Positions 11,651-26,060 of a DNA stretch of 59,138 nt are shown here, piece after piece (position 1 is the first letter of the stretch; each line of letters starts with the position of its first letter). Both the position numbers and the translations under genes were made by a program. Where the stretch lies: the NCBI RefSeq assembly GCF_001194135.2, contig NC_068985.1, forward strand, positions 34,115,969 through 34,175,106, in the 5' to 3' direction. This DNA comes from Octopus bimaculoides (Eukaryota). Below the pieces are notes generated by a model. That model was given only the letters and a program-made list of their open reading frames with translations. It made no database searches and was not told the DNA's origin.

Positions 11651-13299
11651 GTTAGTTTGTACACTTCTTTTTAAAACTCATACTTTTGAAGAATTTTTTC
11701 ATTATTTTATTTTTAATTAATAAACGTTTACAGTAATTATCGAATTCTCAACTAATATTATTTAAGCCGAATCCGTTTTACGTTTTCTTGTTTATCGGAT
11801 CACGCCTCCTTATATCCTGCTGGTCACTTAAATTGTAAATATAAATGATTCCATTTCTTTTTTTTGGCATCTGAAATTATGTTAGGCATAAATCACATGT
11901 GAGACATTGTCAAATTCCAGAGATATAATCTGGGACTTAAGCTATCGTTTACCGTGTCGAATATATTTTTCTTTTTTGTATCAACTTTGTTCATATGTTT
12001 ACAATGTTAGCAACTGGATAACGATTTCAATAAAAAACAAAAACAAAGTAAAAACTAGGAAAGGATGACCTCTCGTACTTATTCTGGCTTTCTTCCCTCT
12101 GAAAATAGCAACAACAAAAAACGAATGTTTTTTAAAAACATTTTATGAATGTTTAATTACGTTTTAGGAAATGTCTTAAGAAAGTCTTCCTGCTGTCTTC
12201 AATTCACTGTAAAGACGACCACAGAAAATGTTTTAGGTTGGAAAATAAGATAACGATTTGTTTATCCTATTTTATTCCATTTCAACATCCTTTTCGTGCG
12301 TATCACCCATTTTATTTTCATAACATATGGTAAAACTGTAATATCTGGCTTTGTTTCTGTTAAACGATTGCTTTCTCAAGATAAATTTACTACAGTCTAA
12401 AATCGTGCTCCTTCAATATAGGTTCATTTCATATAAAATCTCCCTCCTTTTTTTTTTTTAATTTAAAAAGATGACCAAGTTGTTAGTAATTTGAATAATT
12501 TTAAAGGAGTTAGAATTTTATATTTATTTGAACTTTCACTTTCGTCATTTCGAAAAATTTATTACTGCAAGACACAGTAACAGAACCTTTGAGTAATTCT
12601 ATATTATTAGGTTTTTTTTTTTTTTTCATTTTATATGAAAGAGACAAAATTAGCATTTGAATGTGTTTGGAAAATTTACTCTGGTAGTAAAAAGTGCAGC
12701 CAAAGTTTGAAAATGTTCTTTCCATGATTAAAATAAATTACTAAGTAGAAAACAAAGCAAACATTAGAAAGCGATTAATTCCATGTTTACCTTTTAGACA
12801 CAATAACATCGTGTAAGGTTCGAGACTACTAACCACAATATCAAAATTTCAAATTTGTGATAAACCTGTAAAGTGCAGCTCACCGTTGTCTGCTTTGTTG
12901 AAAACAGGTGTCAGTTCTGAAAGGAACGGCGCCCACTTGTTAATTTATATTCAGATATCTAAATTAAAAACATGAAGTGGTGAACTTACTATAGGGCTCT
13001 ATCACTACCACTGCAATATTTAACTTAGTGAGCTGCAGAGATAGCAAAATATTTCGATAATGAACTGGCAGATAGTTTGCTATCAACGGTTGCTCTGTCA
13101 ATCAAACTAATCAGAGTATCTACAGTGTTGTCTGGTTTAATTTTTTTGGAAAAGAGAGAAAAGGAAATAATTCGTAATTCTTATTCCTGTAGTTAGTTCT
13201 CAATATAATAATGAGTGACTGCTTTATGTGTACATTATTACTGAAGGGCAAAACGACTTGGCATTTTTGTAAAAGTTTTTATTCTTTCTTCCAATTTTA

Positions 13300-13520
13300 T
13301 ACTTTAGCATTCAGATTACCCTGTCAAATGTAATTCTTAATTATTTCCATGGTTTGAATTAAATTAGGCCTTATCTCCTAGGATTTCAGATTTTGATGAT
13401 GTGATTGTTCAATTTTAGAATGACATTGTAGGGTGGCTGTGAAAGGCCAGATCTGACAAGTTTGAACATAAAAGAAGTAGAATATTTGGGCTGGATATAG
13501 CCAGTTTAAATGCTAAAGGG
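13300..13520. mobile_element. piggyBac-type MITE (about 220 bp)
   Basis: Right end aatgctaaaggg|TTAA (13521-13524); left end degenerate (ttta|tactttagcatt), its inverted counterpart. Confidence 0.65.
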
Positions 13521-14039
13521 TTAATGGTTGATTCTGTAAAACAAATTGTAGGCATTAAGAAGATACTACAGAAATCCAGTCTTGTATTGTACAGAAAATG
13601 TTTTAAAAGCTAGGTATTGGTAAATGATGCATTCTCTAAGTTTGTATCACCTCTCACATATGAATTTCAAAGCTCCTATAAACTGAAATAACTGAAATTT
13701 TGCTATATGATCCTGATATGATATGATTGAGTAAAAAGTCATATGCTTAATTAGACTAAAATTCATTGTCTTAAAAAGAATCCCAAAGAAATGTTTCAAT
13801 GTCTCTGACAAGCATTCTAGTTTTTGCAATATCAATGCTCAATGATACATTTTTCATTGCTTGTATCATCAGTATGACTTACAGACATCAACACTTCTCT
13901 GACTGGATTTGGGCCTAAAATTAAATTAATGTTGATGACTCTGAATCTTCTGATTACAAAGAAGAAAAATAAACATATAATAAAGTTCACCTATTTTTGA
14001 AAATTTCAAATCTTCCTTTTATTTTAATTCTATTTCAGA

Positions 14040-16500
14040 TGTAGTTAAGTGCAAAGGTAATTTGAATTGGTAAGGATTAGGAAATATAGGATTAGTATCC
14101 AGGGAATATATTGAAGTGTTTTGTGGTCAGTCAGTAAAGAAAAAAAAAATCATGCAGATATATTTACTGTTTTCTTAATGGTTTGGTCTGGAGGAAGAGA
14201 CTGTGCTCATGGTCTTAGTCTGTTCTCCAAGGTTGATGAGATCAGTGTAGTTGTTGAGCAATTGCAAGTTGCTGGTTTGAGGAAAACATGAGTAAGATGG
14301 GAATTCCAGAGGAATGATCTTCTTGGTAGGAAGGCCTGGGAGGGGTTGTGGAGATAATATGGGTGATGATGGAGAAAAGAGAAGTTAGGTTAGCATGAGA
14401 CCAGGTAACTCCAAGGTGCAGTTGGGTGTTAGGAAAAATACACAGGATGTTTATTAAAGATTTCTCCTGACCCTCTTCCTGTTGTTGCAGGAAACAGAAC
14501 TTGTACAGGTATAATCATACATGTCTCTACATGTCACATTGTAAATTGCAGCTTTCCACTTGTATTCGTTTGTCTTTTAGGGCTGCTGAAGTGTACTAAG
14601 GTGTTTATAATGGAGGCAGTTGAATGCAGATCAGTGATCAGGTTCTTATACTTGAAAGGTTGTACACCAAAAGAGACTTTCGATGAGATGAAGCTAGTTT
14701 ATGGTGACAATGCACCATCATATGACATAGTCAAGCTCTGGCATTGCCAGTTCAAATGTGGTTGGACATCAGTGGAAACTGCTCCTATACCTGGACAACC
14801 ACATTCCGCCATTGATGATAATACTATCCATAAAGTGAAATTCACCATTTTGGAGGATCACCGCATAACTATTCAGCAACTAGCCCAAGAAATGAAGATA
14901 AGTGTAGGGTCTGTGGAAAAAATTCATGCATGACCAGTTGCACATGTGAAAATTGTCTGCATGATGAATTTCCCGGATGCTCACTTCTTTTCAGAAGCAG
15001 GAACAATTCAGTTACTCTCAGGCTCTTTTGGCAATGTGCCAAGAAAACAAGGAGGGCTTTTTTGGAAGACTTATCACACAGGATGAAACATGGGTCTATC
15101 ACTATGATCCTGAAACTAAAGTCCAGTTGAAGTAATGGAAGCATGATAATTCACCACCTCCAAAGAAGGCTCATGTCCAACCCTCAGCAGGCAAGGTAAT
15201 ACTCAGTCTTTTGGTACCAGTGTGGAGAAGTGATGATTGATTTTATGGCAATGGGGCATATTATGCTTCTCTGCAGCAGAAATTGTGGGATGCCATCACA
15301 GCAGAGAGGTGTGGCATGCTGACCAAAGAAATCTGCCACCTCCAAGACAATGCTTCAGTTCACAATGTGCATGTTGCCCAGATGAAAACACTCTTCTGTG
15401 GCTATGAAATCCTTCCTCATCCCACTTACTCTCCTGATCTTGCATCATCTGACTTCCACTTCTTTTCAACCATGAAGTCTTTTTTTGAAGGGGAAGCACT
15501 TTTCAGATGATGATGAACTTATTTTCTGAGGTAAAGTCTTGGCTTCAAATGCAACCTACCAACTCCTACAGACAGGGGGGTCTTCACAGCTGCATTAAGT
15601 GATGGGAGAAGTATGTCACCATTGGTGGTAGCTATGTAGAGAAGGACTAATAGTTATGCCAAGTTTCATTTATCCCAGTCCTTGGGAGGTGGGTCAGGGG
15701 AAATCTTTAATGGACGCCCCTTATACATCTGTTGGAGCCTGTTGGTGAGTGACTCCATGCCAATCTATTAGGTGGTTTTTTATTTTTGCTACATTTAGTC
15801 TAAGTTGTCTGTATATGATAGCAGCACAATCCCAGATATTAGCACAATGTTTCATTTCATTGTGGGTGGTTAGTAATATTGGAAGCTAAGGAATTTTCTA
15901 GCCCTGAAGAGAAAGGTTAACTTTCAGGATGTAGCTTTTGCTATGAGGAGGATGTGAGATCACCAGAGGAGATCATGAGTAATGGTGAGGTGTAGCATTT
16001 GTAGCAACTTTGAGGGTCATTTCATGTATTTAGGAGTGTATAGTAACTGTGTTTTTGTGCTGATGAGGGAAGCAAGATTGACATGATTCCATTGGAAAAT
16101 GTTTTGAGATTTATATTCAGAAAATTAGTGCAGCCCTGGCATGAAGTTTCTAGGTTGCATGTGGTTAAAGTTTGAAGTGGAAGATTGTGTAGGAGTGAAC
16201 GAAGAGTGGTATCATCTGTATATCACCGGAAGTTATTTGAGGTGATAGCAAGTACGTCATTTTTTGTACAGGTGGAAGAGTGAGTGTGACAACAAAGCCA
16301 AAAATTAGCATATAATGAAATTGATAGTGTGGGTTAGTGAGTACTCCATCAGTAAACACACATGGTTATGTGATTTGATAGGAAGCCACCAATGCAAAAG
16401 ACATTGACAGAGCCGATATATAGTTAGTTTAGCTAGATCTGATACCAAATGCAACATTGATATCAACAAATTTCTTGAGAGCTAGGGTCTGTTGGTGATT
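14040..16500 (-). mobile_element. Jockey/CR1-group LINE 3' fragment, interrupted by the mariner at 14441-15723
   Basis: Minus strand YTDDTTL (YADD motif, about 16205-16225); a PLWNS-like terminal motif near 14300-14335 on the other side of the mariner. Confidence 0.6.
14441..15723 (+). mobile_element. mariner (DD34D) transposon, decayed
   Basis: HTH N-terminus MEAVECRSVIRFLYLKG, ITQDETW, LQDNA...YSPDLASSDF with 34 residues between Asp2 and Asp3. TIR core attaaagattt.ccctgaccc at both ends, TA flanks. Confidence 0.9.
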
Positions 16501-16584
16501 TACATGAAACTGGTTTACAGTAGATCTGGCAGCTATTTTTGCAGTCATTTGTGATAATCATTTAATGTGTGTTTACTATACTGG

Positions 16585-16740
16585 CATGGGTTAGATGGTT
16601 TGAGTGGAACTGATAACCCAGAGAGCTGCACCAGGCTCTGGTCCGTTTTGGCTAGGTTTCTATGGCTGGATGCCCTTCCTAATGCTAACTACTCCACAAA
16701 GTGTACCAGGTGCCTTTTACATGTCACTGACACTGGCCAC
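16585..16740 (-). mobile_element. RTE-LINE 3'UTR fragment (or RTE-tailed SINE)
   Basis: catgggttagatgg...ggctggatgcccttcctaatgctaac, matching the 3' end of the RTE at 33030-33230. Similar pieces at about 30545-30690, 35285-35420 and 54060-54210. Confidence 0.75.
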
Positions 16741-17175
16741 AACTTCTGTTTCACTTAGTTTGATGTGTCTTCTCAAACACAGTAAATCACCAACAGTCTT
16801 TGTCACTTGTCATTGCCTCTGTGAGGCTCAGCATCCAAAGATCATATTTTACCACCTCATCCCACATCTTCCTGGGTCTACTTCATTCATTAAAGAAAGT
16901 AAAAAATTCAAGTTGTTTGAGAATGTGGTTGTTAATGACTACTTCATTACCTTTGAGATGTTGGTAGTGTAGGAGTGAGAGCAGTTATCCTTCCTAGAAT
17001 GGAATGCACTATGACGTATTTCCAAAGATCTATATATAGAGAAAGAAACTGAAGAGCTTTTCGAGAAGAGATGTTAGTTCTGGGGTGCATTATTTGAGGA
17101 TAATAGAGATACTGTCAAGACCAAATGATTTGAACCAATTTGGGGTGCTTTTACATTTGGTGTGTGTGAATACAT

Positions 17176-17676
17176 CAGGGGTCAGCAAGCTATTTCACAG
17201 CAATAACAGAGACTGATGAGTACAGGCCACATAACCATTTTGTTCAATACAATACAGTGAACATACAAAAACTAAAATCAACCAAAAAGCTTTCAAAGAA
17301 GTTGATGTTAGCAATAAGATGGTTATATCACACCCAGTGTGCACATATCCAAATCTCACAAACTAAGCAGCAAAAAAGGTTAGTGAGGATTTGTGAAACT
17401 GGTGTCTAGCTTTTAGATATAATCTATATTTGCTCTGGAATTGCTGCATCCAACCAAGAGAATTGCTTTCAAATGTTCATCAGTCAACACCTCATTCGAT
17501 GTGCTGACTTTACAGTCATCATTTTTGAAAATGTTTGCTCACAGACCTAAGTTGTTCCAGAGGCAAATGAACTCTCATTGCAGGTACTTACACTGAAGGT
17601 ACAGTGCAGCAGAGGACTAGATGAACTGACCTTGCAGGCTGAATCCAGCCTATGGACCATAGTTTGGTGACTCCTG
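17176..17676 (-). mobile_element. Non-autonomous hAT (Charlie/Buster-type) element, 501 bp
   Basis: TIR caggggtc / gactcctg; 8-bp flanks gaaTAcat / gtgTAcat; internal minus-strand remnant CEQTFSKMMTVKSAHR...LTDEH of the hAT dimerisation domain. Confidence 0.8.
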
Positions 17677-18624
17677 GTGTACATGGTAGTGAGCCTGGTA
17701 GAAGAGAAAATTTTGGAAGAGCATTACGTGTATGTGGAGTTGGATGTAAAAAGGGCAACAAATATGGTAGTTTTGTTGAAAGGAGTATTGCTTACAAAGC
17801 TACTGGTTGAGAAGTGAAAGGAAAAACGGTACAGATCATTTTGTCAATGGTCCAAAAGGATTGCCTGCAGTTTAGCAGAAAAAAAACTGCAGATAAACTA
17901 AAAAACCCCCCCCAAAACTACCAATGCTAACCATTAATAATAGAAATATATATCAAATATAAACAGAAAGAAACAGCAAAACAAAATAGACATTCATTGT
18001 CATGCTCTGCATTACTGGATTCATAATTATTAACTTATGAAGCCATATATGTTAGGTTCCATAACCTTGTTTTTTAAAAAAATTTTTTACTAGCATTGGA
18101 AATTATGTCTCAATGTAGAGGCCAGTGGATTAATGTCCTGTTGTTTTCTTCAGGTTCATAAGAATGTGATTTCAGCTTAATAAAAACCCCTCGTACTTTA
18201 TTCACTGTGCCTGTTACTTTCAAAAAGGAAATATATTTTTTATGTGCCACTGAAAAATATCTTTAGTATAAATTAAAGTTTTCAAAGATTAGTAGTGAAA
18301 ATTGAAACAGGGAAAGGAATTGATAAATTAAACCAAACTAGTTCCTAATGGTTTGGATATGATTGCTTTTCTTTCACTAAATGTTTGGTGTAATTGAGCT
18401 TTAGTGTAAACTAAGATCATACTCTGTATTCAGCATGTTTCTAAATTTTCCCCATTGTATATATAAAAAGAGAGCTTGCATAGTTTAGTTTGAACACACA
18501 AATTTATAAATTCTGCATGGCAAATTATTTTTACAGTGAAACCTGTTAAAATGCCCTAAAAGTTATCCTCTTCAGTGGTCCTTTAGAAAAAATTCCAAAT
18601 AATGATGATAATGTTGATGATAAT

Positions 18625-19040
18625 AATAATCCTTTCTATTATAAGCACAAGGCCTCAAATTTGGGGGAGGGGGATAGTCGATTACATTGACCCCAAAAGG
18701 ATGAAAAGTAAAGTCAACCTTGGTGGAATTTGAATTCAGAACATAGCAGCAGATGAAACACTGCTAAGCATTTTGCCCAGTGTGCTAATGATTCTGCCAG
18801 CGTGCCACCTTAATAATAATAATAATAATAATAATAATCCTTTCTATTATAGGGACAAGGCCTGATATTTTGGTAGATAGTGACTAATTTATTATATGCT
18901 GAACTGATACTTATTCTATTGATCCTATAAGGATGAAAGGCTAAGTCAACCTAAGTGCTATTTGAACTCAGAACATAAAGCTGGAAGAAATGTCATGAAA
19001 CTTTTTGTCTGGCATGCTAGTGAATTTGCCACCATACTAC
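18625..19040 (-). mobile_element. Two tandem SINE family B copies
   Basis: Each begins on + with (aat)n-cctttctattata (reversed tail) and ends with the reversed head (ttctgccag / tttgccacc). Confidence 0.8.
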
Positions 19041-19606
19041 CACTACTATCACTATTACTAATAATAACGTTTCTAGCATAGGTACAGCACTTTCAGATGT
19101 TCTCAGTGTATTTACTGGTGAATGTTCCTTGTAACCCTTCAATTTCTTCTATGAGACTGGATGAACTAGGAGATTAAAGCTGTAATCAGTAATCTAATTT
19201 GCTCAGAACTAGGGTTTTCCATAAAGTTAGCCTAACTACCAGTTCCCTTGTCATGAGAGTTCATGGAACCCAACCTATGAGTTGACTGCATTGCAAAGTC
19301 TTTTTTTTTTTTTTTTTAAAGCTATTTATCAAAAGCTCTTCCATAATGCACATTTCAGTCATTTGGACTAATATTTTGAAAGTTCAGAAGATTTTATAAA
19401 AGAATTATGCACACGTGTGTGTGTATGTATGTGCATGCACGCGTGTGAATTGAAAGCCAGTATGAATAACATGGAAAATGTTCTAAAGTCAATGAAGCAA
19501 CAAAAGATCCTGATCAAATGGGAGAAATTCCAACTTACATGGGACAGATAATCGAAAAAATGTCCAGCTATGTAACAATGAGCATTAAATATCAATGGTA
19601 AAAACC

Positions 19607-19975
19607 CTGCTCCCTCTTCATGTATCATGCTTGTCCAGCCATTTTTAAACTTCTCAATCCACTCATACACACTTCTACACGGTAGTGCACTGTCCCTATA
19701 TTGTGTTAAAAGCCTCCAATGAATTTCAGCACCTGACACACCTTTCAACCAGAGAAATCAGATCACTGCTCTTTGTTCTTCTTTGGTGCACATTGCAAGC
19801 GGAATAGCCATACTTACACCGTAAAGCCAGAAAGAAAAATGGTGCGATCAGGCTCAAACTTTGATCATGTGAGCACAACAGTACCAACTATAAGCACGCA
19901 TGTACAGAAGGCAGTATGACAATAACAAAGATATGTTATGGCAAAAGTACGGATCATTTTTGACTTACCATCATA
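19607..19975 (-). mobile_element. mariner 5' fragment (HTH region)
   Basis: KGVSGAEIHWRLLTQYRDSALPCRSVYEWIEKFKNGWTSMIHEEGAG; TIR-like end ggatcatttttgacttaccatca-TA. Confidence 0.75.
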
Positions 19976-20759
19976 CATATCTGTGTGTGTGTGTTTGTCT
20001 TTGTGTCTGTGTATGTCCCCCCCACCACTTGATAACTGGTGTCGGTGTGTTTACGTCCACCGTAACTTAACAATTTGGCAATAAGTAACTTATAGAACAA
20101 GTACCAGGCTTAGAATAAAAATAAGTACTGGTTCCCCAGCATGGCCACAGTCTAATGACTGAAACAAGTAAAAGATAAAAGACATATCCTTTGCTGATTA
20201 GTGAAGATGTAAGCATCAGTGAGAAAACCAATAAACCTGTGTGTTTGTTCCAAGGTATCTTGTACTATTTATTAAGTCACTCTTTTGTCACTTTCACTAT
20301 CCAGAAGTATAATGAACGAGTGGTTGGCCCTTTGGAAACCTATAATCAATCATGTTACTGTTCACAAAGTACATGATAAATAAAGTATAGTGTAATCACC
20401 ATTTCTCCCCCACATTCAGAAAACTATGATAATTACTAAACCTATTGTTAGTGTAGGTAATGTTTTTCACTCGTAATAATAAAGTAATTTATTGGTGGAT
20501 TGCTTTATATGTATGTTTAAAGAAAAGTAGGCGGGGGAGTTAATGCCAGTCTGTTCGAACCTGTTTTGATTGTGCAACCATAAAGCTACACATCAGCATT
20601 ACCATACATTTGTGACTTTCAATTCAAATTTTCCTATCCTTGACATTTTAAATAAAACAAATGTTATGAAAATTTGTTTTATTGATTTTTTTTTTCCTTG
20701 AGGAAATAGAGACATAGCTTGATATTTAGCAGCATATTTCAGTGTATCCTGTTCCAAAG

Positions 20760-21850
20760 AAAGGCAATCCCTCTTATCTAGCCAACTATTGTCCTATTAC
20801 TTTCACCTCTAACATGTTTGAGTAAATGGAGGCAGCTATTAACAATGACATCCTCCAACTCCTTCAACTGCTCTCATTCTCTCTCCTCAGTGACCACCAG
20901 TATGGTTTCTGCAGAACCTGATTCACTATTCCCTACTCTCTGATGTTACTTGCCAGCGAGCTGTCAAAGAGTTTTGGTGAATTAAATGTTGTTGCCCTAG
21001 ACATCAGCAAGGACTTCTACTGTGTCTAACATACAAATCTTCTATCAAAACTGTCCACCTACTGGCTTTATCTATCTCATCTTTTGCATCAGTAGCTACT
21101 TTATCATGTCCTGTGTTGATGGAATTCTTTTTGCTCCACTTTCAGTTAACTCTGGTGTTCCCTGGTGGTTTGCTTTTGTCTTTCATTCTCTTTGTTCTGT
21201 ACATGACCCTTCATTCCTCCTTAATTTCCATAACTATGCATCATCCATATGCAGCTGACACACCATGTGCCAAACCTGCATTGTTTCCATAAATGGATGC
21301 CTTAAGTGTGTCCTTCAGTGGGGCTAGACTAACTTTATTTCTTTTAACAACATAAAAAAACTCAAGCACTATTCATATCAAGAAAATACCACTGCACTAC
21401 ATTCTTACTGAACATGAATGGTACTCAGCTAGAGCCTTCACAGTCGCTCCAAATGCTGGGCCTAACTGCTCTGAGGATTTCTCCTGGTGAAAGCACACCC
21501 TTAGTATAGCTAAGACTGCATTTCAAAGTCAACCCTAACAGCTGCTGACACTTTACAAGACTCCGGTACAGTAAAGTACTGCTCCCACATCTAGAACATT
21601 GCAACAACTACACAAACAAGCACCCTGAACCACATTCAGAAAAGACCCATTTGACTAATTATAATTCAGTCATTAATGGACATACTCCAGCCTCTGGTCC
21701 ACAGGGATGTTGTCTCTTCTCTCAGTCTTTTCTATCATTACTTTAATGGCATCTGTTTCTAGGAGATCTGTACTAACCATTAAACCCAGTCCTTTCTCAC
21801 CAGAACTTTGGCCCTCTGAAATTTTCTTTCAGTTCATTTTGATCTCCATC
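20760..21850 (+). mobile_element. Jockey/CR1-group LINE RT fragment, decayed
   Basis: FGELNVVALDISKDF and SVNSGVP motifs (cf. ALDISKAFD, GVPQGS); same family as 37030-38640. Confidence 0.7.
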
Positions 21851-23910
21851 TTTTTAATGGATATGACAATCATCAACTGATGCTCAAGTGTCCACTTCAT
21901 CATATGTGCCTAAGCACAAGTGACCCTTAATAATGAGTGAAATCCAGTTGCAAATAGAATATTTATACATTGATGAAGTTTTTTCTTAACTTTCTTTCAT
22001 CATCAAATGAGGTAGATGAAGACAATGTTCCAGATCACACAGAACAATGTTATGCTTCAATTAGGTCTGGAAGGAAAAAAGTGTGCCAATTTTTCTCTAT
22101 TTGTATATTTGTTTGACATCTGCAATGCTGGAATCTCAAAAGAATTTATGCTCATGCTGGATGCAAAGGAAAGAGAACATTTTATGGCACTTTTTGATAA
22201 TGAGATTGTAATTTTTTGTGTGCAAGAGGTTAACATTTATTAAAGCTTTTGTATTTATTTAAAGTGAAAATAAGTTATAAAAAATATTTTATAATTTAAT
22301 TTCACTTAGAAATTTTATTTTTGTGTTTTGCTCATTTGGCACACACATTCATGCAACCCTTTCCCACTGGATCATGCAACCCTTCCACATTAATTGTATC
22401 AAGATCACTGTCCTGGAGATCCTCCAAAGGTCATGGGTAGTGCTTCTTCCTTAAGACTTGATAAGTACAAAAAATAAAATGGCTTATTTTCATTTGTTCA
22501 ACATAATTATATATATTTTCACTTTCTGTCTAGTTTTAGTTTTAAAAATGTCTTTCTTATTTATCAGAAATTATAATATATAGTTGTGAATGTTCTTTGT
22601 TTTTAATTAAATGTTTTTATGAGCTTCATGGGGCTAGTGTTTAACTCTATATTTGTTGGAATAGGAAAATTTAATATTTTTAAAAGCTTTTATACCCAGA
22701 AACTGTAAATAGATTGTATTTAATAGGGACATTTTAGACAACTTTGAACAGGACAAAAACTATATTCTGTTGTCAAGTAGCTTGTGGTGTTAATTCTGTA
22801 TTTAAAAAAAAAAAAAAAAACTAATTTAAATTGAGGAAAATATAAACTATGACATACATTAACTAAACAATTCGGGCTAAACTTTTTATGCTTTGCCTAT
22901 ATTTAGGTATTTAAAACCTTACTAAATATAATAAATGTGTAAGTAGTGTTGCTGGTTATACTCTTTCTTTCTCTCTTGCTTAGTTTCTATATGACCATAA
23001 AAAATATACTGAAAGATTGGCTTTAGTGGAAGAAGTGTTTTAGTATGTCAGTTGTAAGAAGATAGATCTATATTTGGCCAGTTGGATTCATGACTTTACT
23101 TTCAAGCATTCAATTAACTATTGTTAACACACAGGTTTTCTTTAGTAGTGATTAGTACTAACAAACAACTCCATTAAATGCTAAAAACTGCTGAACTGTT
23201 TTTAACAACAATAGAAAAAAATGAGCAATATTTTTTTAATGAATCAGAGCTTGTTTGTTTTAAAAACTAACAGAAGTTGATTAAATGGGACAGAATAAAT
23301 AATTTGATCTTTTAATGGTGTATTGAATTGTGGAAGGTATCAGATTTCTTTGTTTTATACTAAATATTGAAAGATCTCATTAAAAATAATTCTTGAGTTT
23401 TATTATTTTATAATTTTCTATTTACTTCTTGGGAAAAGTCTTTTTCTATTATTGTATATTTAAAAAAAATCCTGATGATTTGCACATTTCTTTTTAGTGT
23501 GTGTAAACGTGTGTGTATGGAGCTTTCTTAAAATATATATTTCGTGATGTCACTTCTTGAAATGACTTTTTAAAATTTACTGGGTAGGGCATAAAATTGC
23601 ATTCATTTAACTGTTTTTACGCAAAGAGGAAAGAAGATAGATGCAATGTGGAAAGAACTAAGAAAGACTGGGATAAAAAGAAGTATTCATTTTTTTCTTA
23701 TGTCTATTAGCATGGGTTAAGTGTATATATTTATGTTGCTAACCCTTACTTATTTTACAAGTAAGGGATTTTTTATTGCTCTAGTTTTCTAAACTGCAGT
23801 CAGTTGACATTTTGTTGACAGAAATTATAATACATCACTGCTTGTAGCTTAACAATTTCTGAGATGTGCAAATATGAACAATCACACACGTTTACATGCA
23901 CATACATATA

Positions 23911-25138
23911 CAAGGGTGGGCTACAGAGTTCATAAGCTGACCACGATACAATGACTGAACTTGATCAAATGTGTTTTATATTTTGACATAGTCACCCCTA
24001 CAGTCTATACACTTCCTCCATCAGTGTTGCAGTGGATGGGTTCCCATGGTATAGAAGCTCTCATCCTGACTCTCAAAAAAGTCCTCAACAGCAGATATGA
24101 CCTCATCATTGGTCTGATACTGCTTCTCAGCCAAGTGTTTTTTCATGTTGGTGAACAGAAAATAGTCAGATGGTGCCAAATCAGGAGAATATGGAAGGTG
24201 ATCAACCAAAGTCACAATTGTGCACAGCAGCCACTGCAGCCACAGACTTGTGTGCAGGAGCATTGTTCTGGTGAAGCAGAACCCCCTTCATCAATTTCCC
24301 AGGCTGTTTTGACTTGATTGCCTTTCACAGATGCCTCAGCAAGTTGGCATAGTATTCTCCAGTGATAGTATGGCCTTTCTGAAAGTAGTCAATGAACACG
24401 ATGCCCTTTGCATCTCCTAAGATGGAGGCCATCACCTTCCCTGCCAATGATATCATCTTGACCTTATTTGGTTGGAGAGAAGACAGGTGTTTCCACTTCA
24501 TGGACTGAGTTTGGTCTCTGGCTCAAAGTGGTGAATCCAACATTCTTCTTGGATGAGAAAACATTCAAGGAAACTGGCTGGATTTGCTTAAAAAAGTACC
24601 AAGTTCACCTGTGACATAACCACCCTGGTGTGCTTGTGATCAGGTATCAAAAGTTGTGGAAATCTTCGACATAAGTTCGTCATGCAAAATATTCTCAACT
24701 TGTTCATGGGAGATCCCTACAGCATATGTGATCAACATTTAAACGTCTGTCATCCATCACCATGTAGTGAACACGATCAATGTTTTCTTGGGTGGTGGCT
24801 GTGGCAGGACATCCGGACCTTGGGTCATCTTTAATAGTCTCCTACCTGCCCACTTTTGCACAATTGATAAAGCTGGAGCATCAGCCCCTAATGTAGCAAC
24901 CACATAGCATGAATGTCCTCGATGGCCAACCCCTTTTCCTGCAGATATTTGATAATACCATGGTGCCAAATTTTATTCATTTTCACAAAATGTCTTCCAG
25001 TGCCACTTTTCCAAGTCCTCAATTCTATATCCAATGTGGGTTTATCTGGAAAGAAAAAATGCAGTTAGCATCAGTAAAAGTAGAATTTAATGTATAACTC
25101 CTTCTTAGTCAGCCTATGAACTTTGCAGCCCACCCTTG
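23911..25138 (-). mobile_element. mariner (DD34D-type) transposon, full length but decayed (1228 bp)
   Basis: TIRs TA|caagggtgggctacagagttcataagctgac and gtcagcctatgaactttgcagcccacccttg|TA; HLPYSPDLAPSDYFLF motif (ORF 24021-24263). Confidence 0.9.
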
Positions 25139-25714
25139 TACACAAGATGGGCTTTGTACAATTTCTGTCTTTCAAATTCACTTTGAAGGTATTGCAGACA
25201 CTTACCCAATGTTTTATGTTGAGAGACTGAATCCAAGACCATGTGACTGTGAACTTCTTAACTACATAGTTATGCCTGCACCTACCTGATAGTGAGCTAA
25301 TAAATAAAGATAAATATTTAGAGCTGTCCATCAAGCAGAATGGTGATATCAGTTCATAAAACATATATGTATATAGTTTATTACATTATCAGTTTTAGCT
25401 GTTAGAAAATTTCAATTCAATTGGAATCTTCACACTAGATTTCTTCAAAGAGTTTATTGAAACTGTAGGAGAAGGATGGAAATGCATTATATTTGTAATT
25501 GGAAAGAAACAGGGAAAATGTGTGTTATACATAGAGCAATTTATTCAAAATAGAAATATTGGACTTACATGTTGCAGTTTTTTTTATATATAGTTGTCAT
25601 ACTCTTTCATTTCTCATTTTGAAGCAAAAACACCAGCTTCATTAATAAATAGCCAAAATCAGAAATATGTAACCTTTTTTAAATACAGAGAGAAATGCAG
25701 CATTCTCTTTCTCT

Positions 25715-26060
25715 CCCCCAGCTTATGTTGCAATCATGTGGTTTCAGGTTCAGTCCCACTGTGTGGTACCATGGGCAAATATCTTCTACTATAGACTCAG
25801 ACTAACTAATGCTTTGTGAGTGAATTTGTTAGATGGAAATTGTGTGGAAGACCATTGTATATGTTTTGTGTGTGTCTTTGTATTTGCTCTTCTTCACTGC
25901 TTGACAACTGATGCTGGTCTGGTTACATCCCTGTAAGTTAGCATTCCAGCAAAAGAGAATGATTAACAAAAAAAAAAATTAAAACTGGTTATTTGTTTGA
26001 CTAAAATCCTTCAAGTCAGTGTCCCAGCATGGCCAAAGTCCAATGATTGAAACATCCTTT
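25715..26060 (+). mobile_element. SINE family A
   Basis: ggtttcaggttcagtcccactgtgtgg...ccagcatggccaaagtccaatgattgaaac. Confidence 0.8.

Noticed and set aside
21990-22250. Possible DNA-transposase fragment (CYASIRSGRK)
   Set aside because: The similarity is too short to support a call without a profile search.
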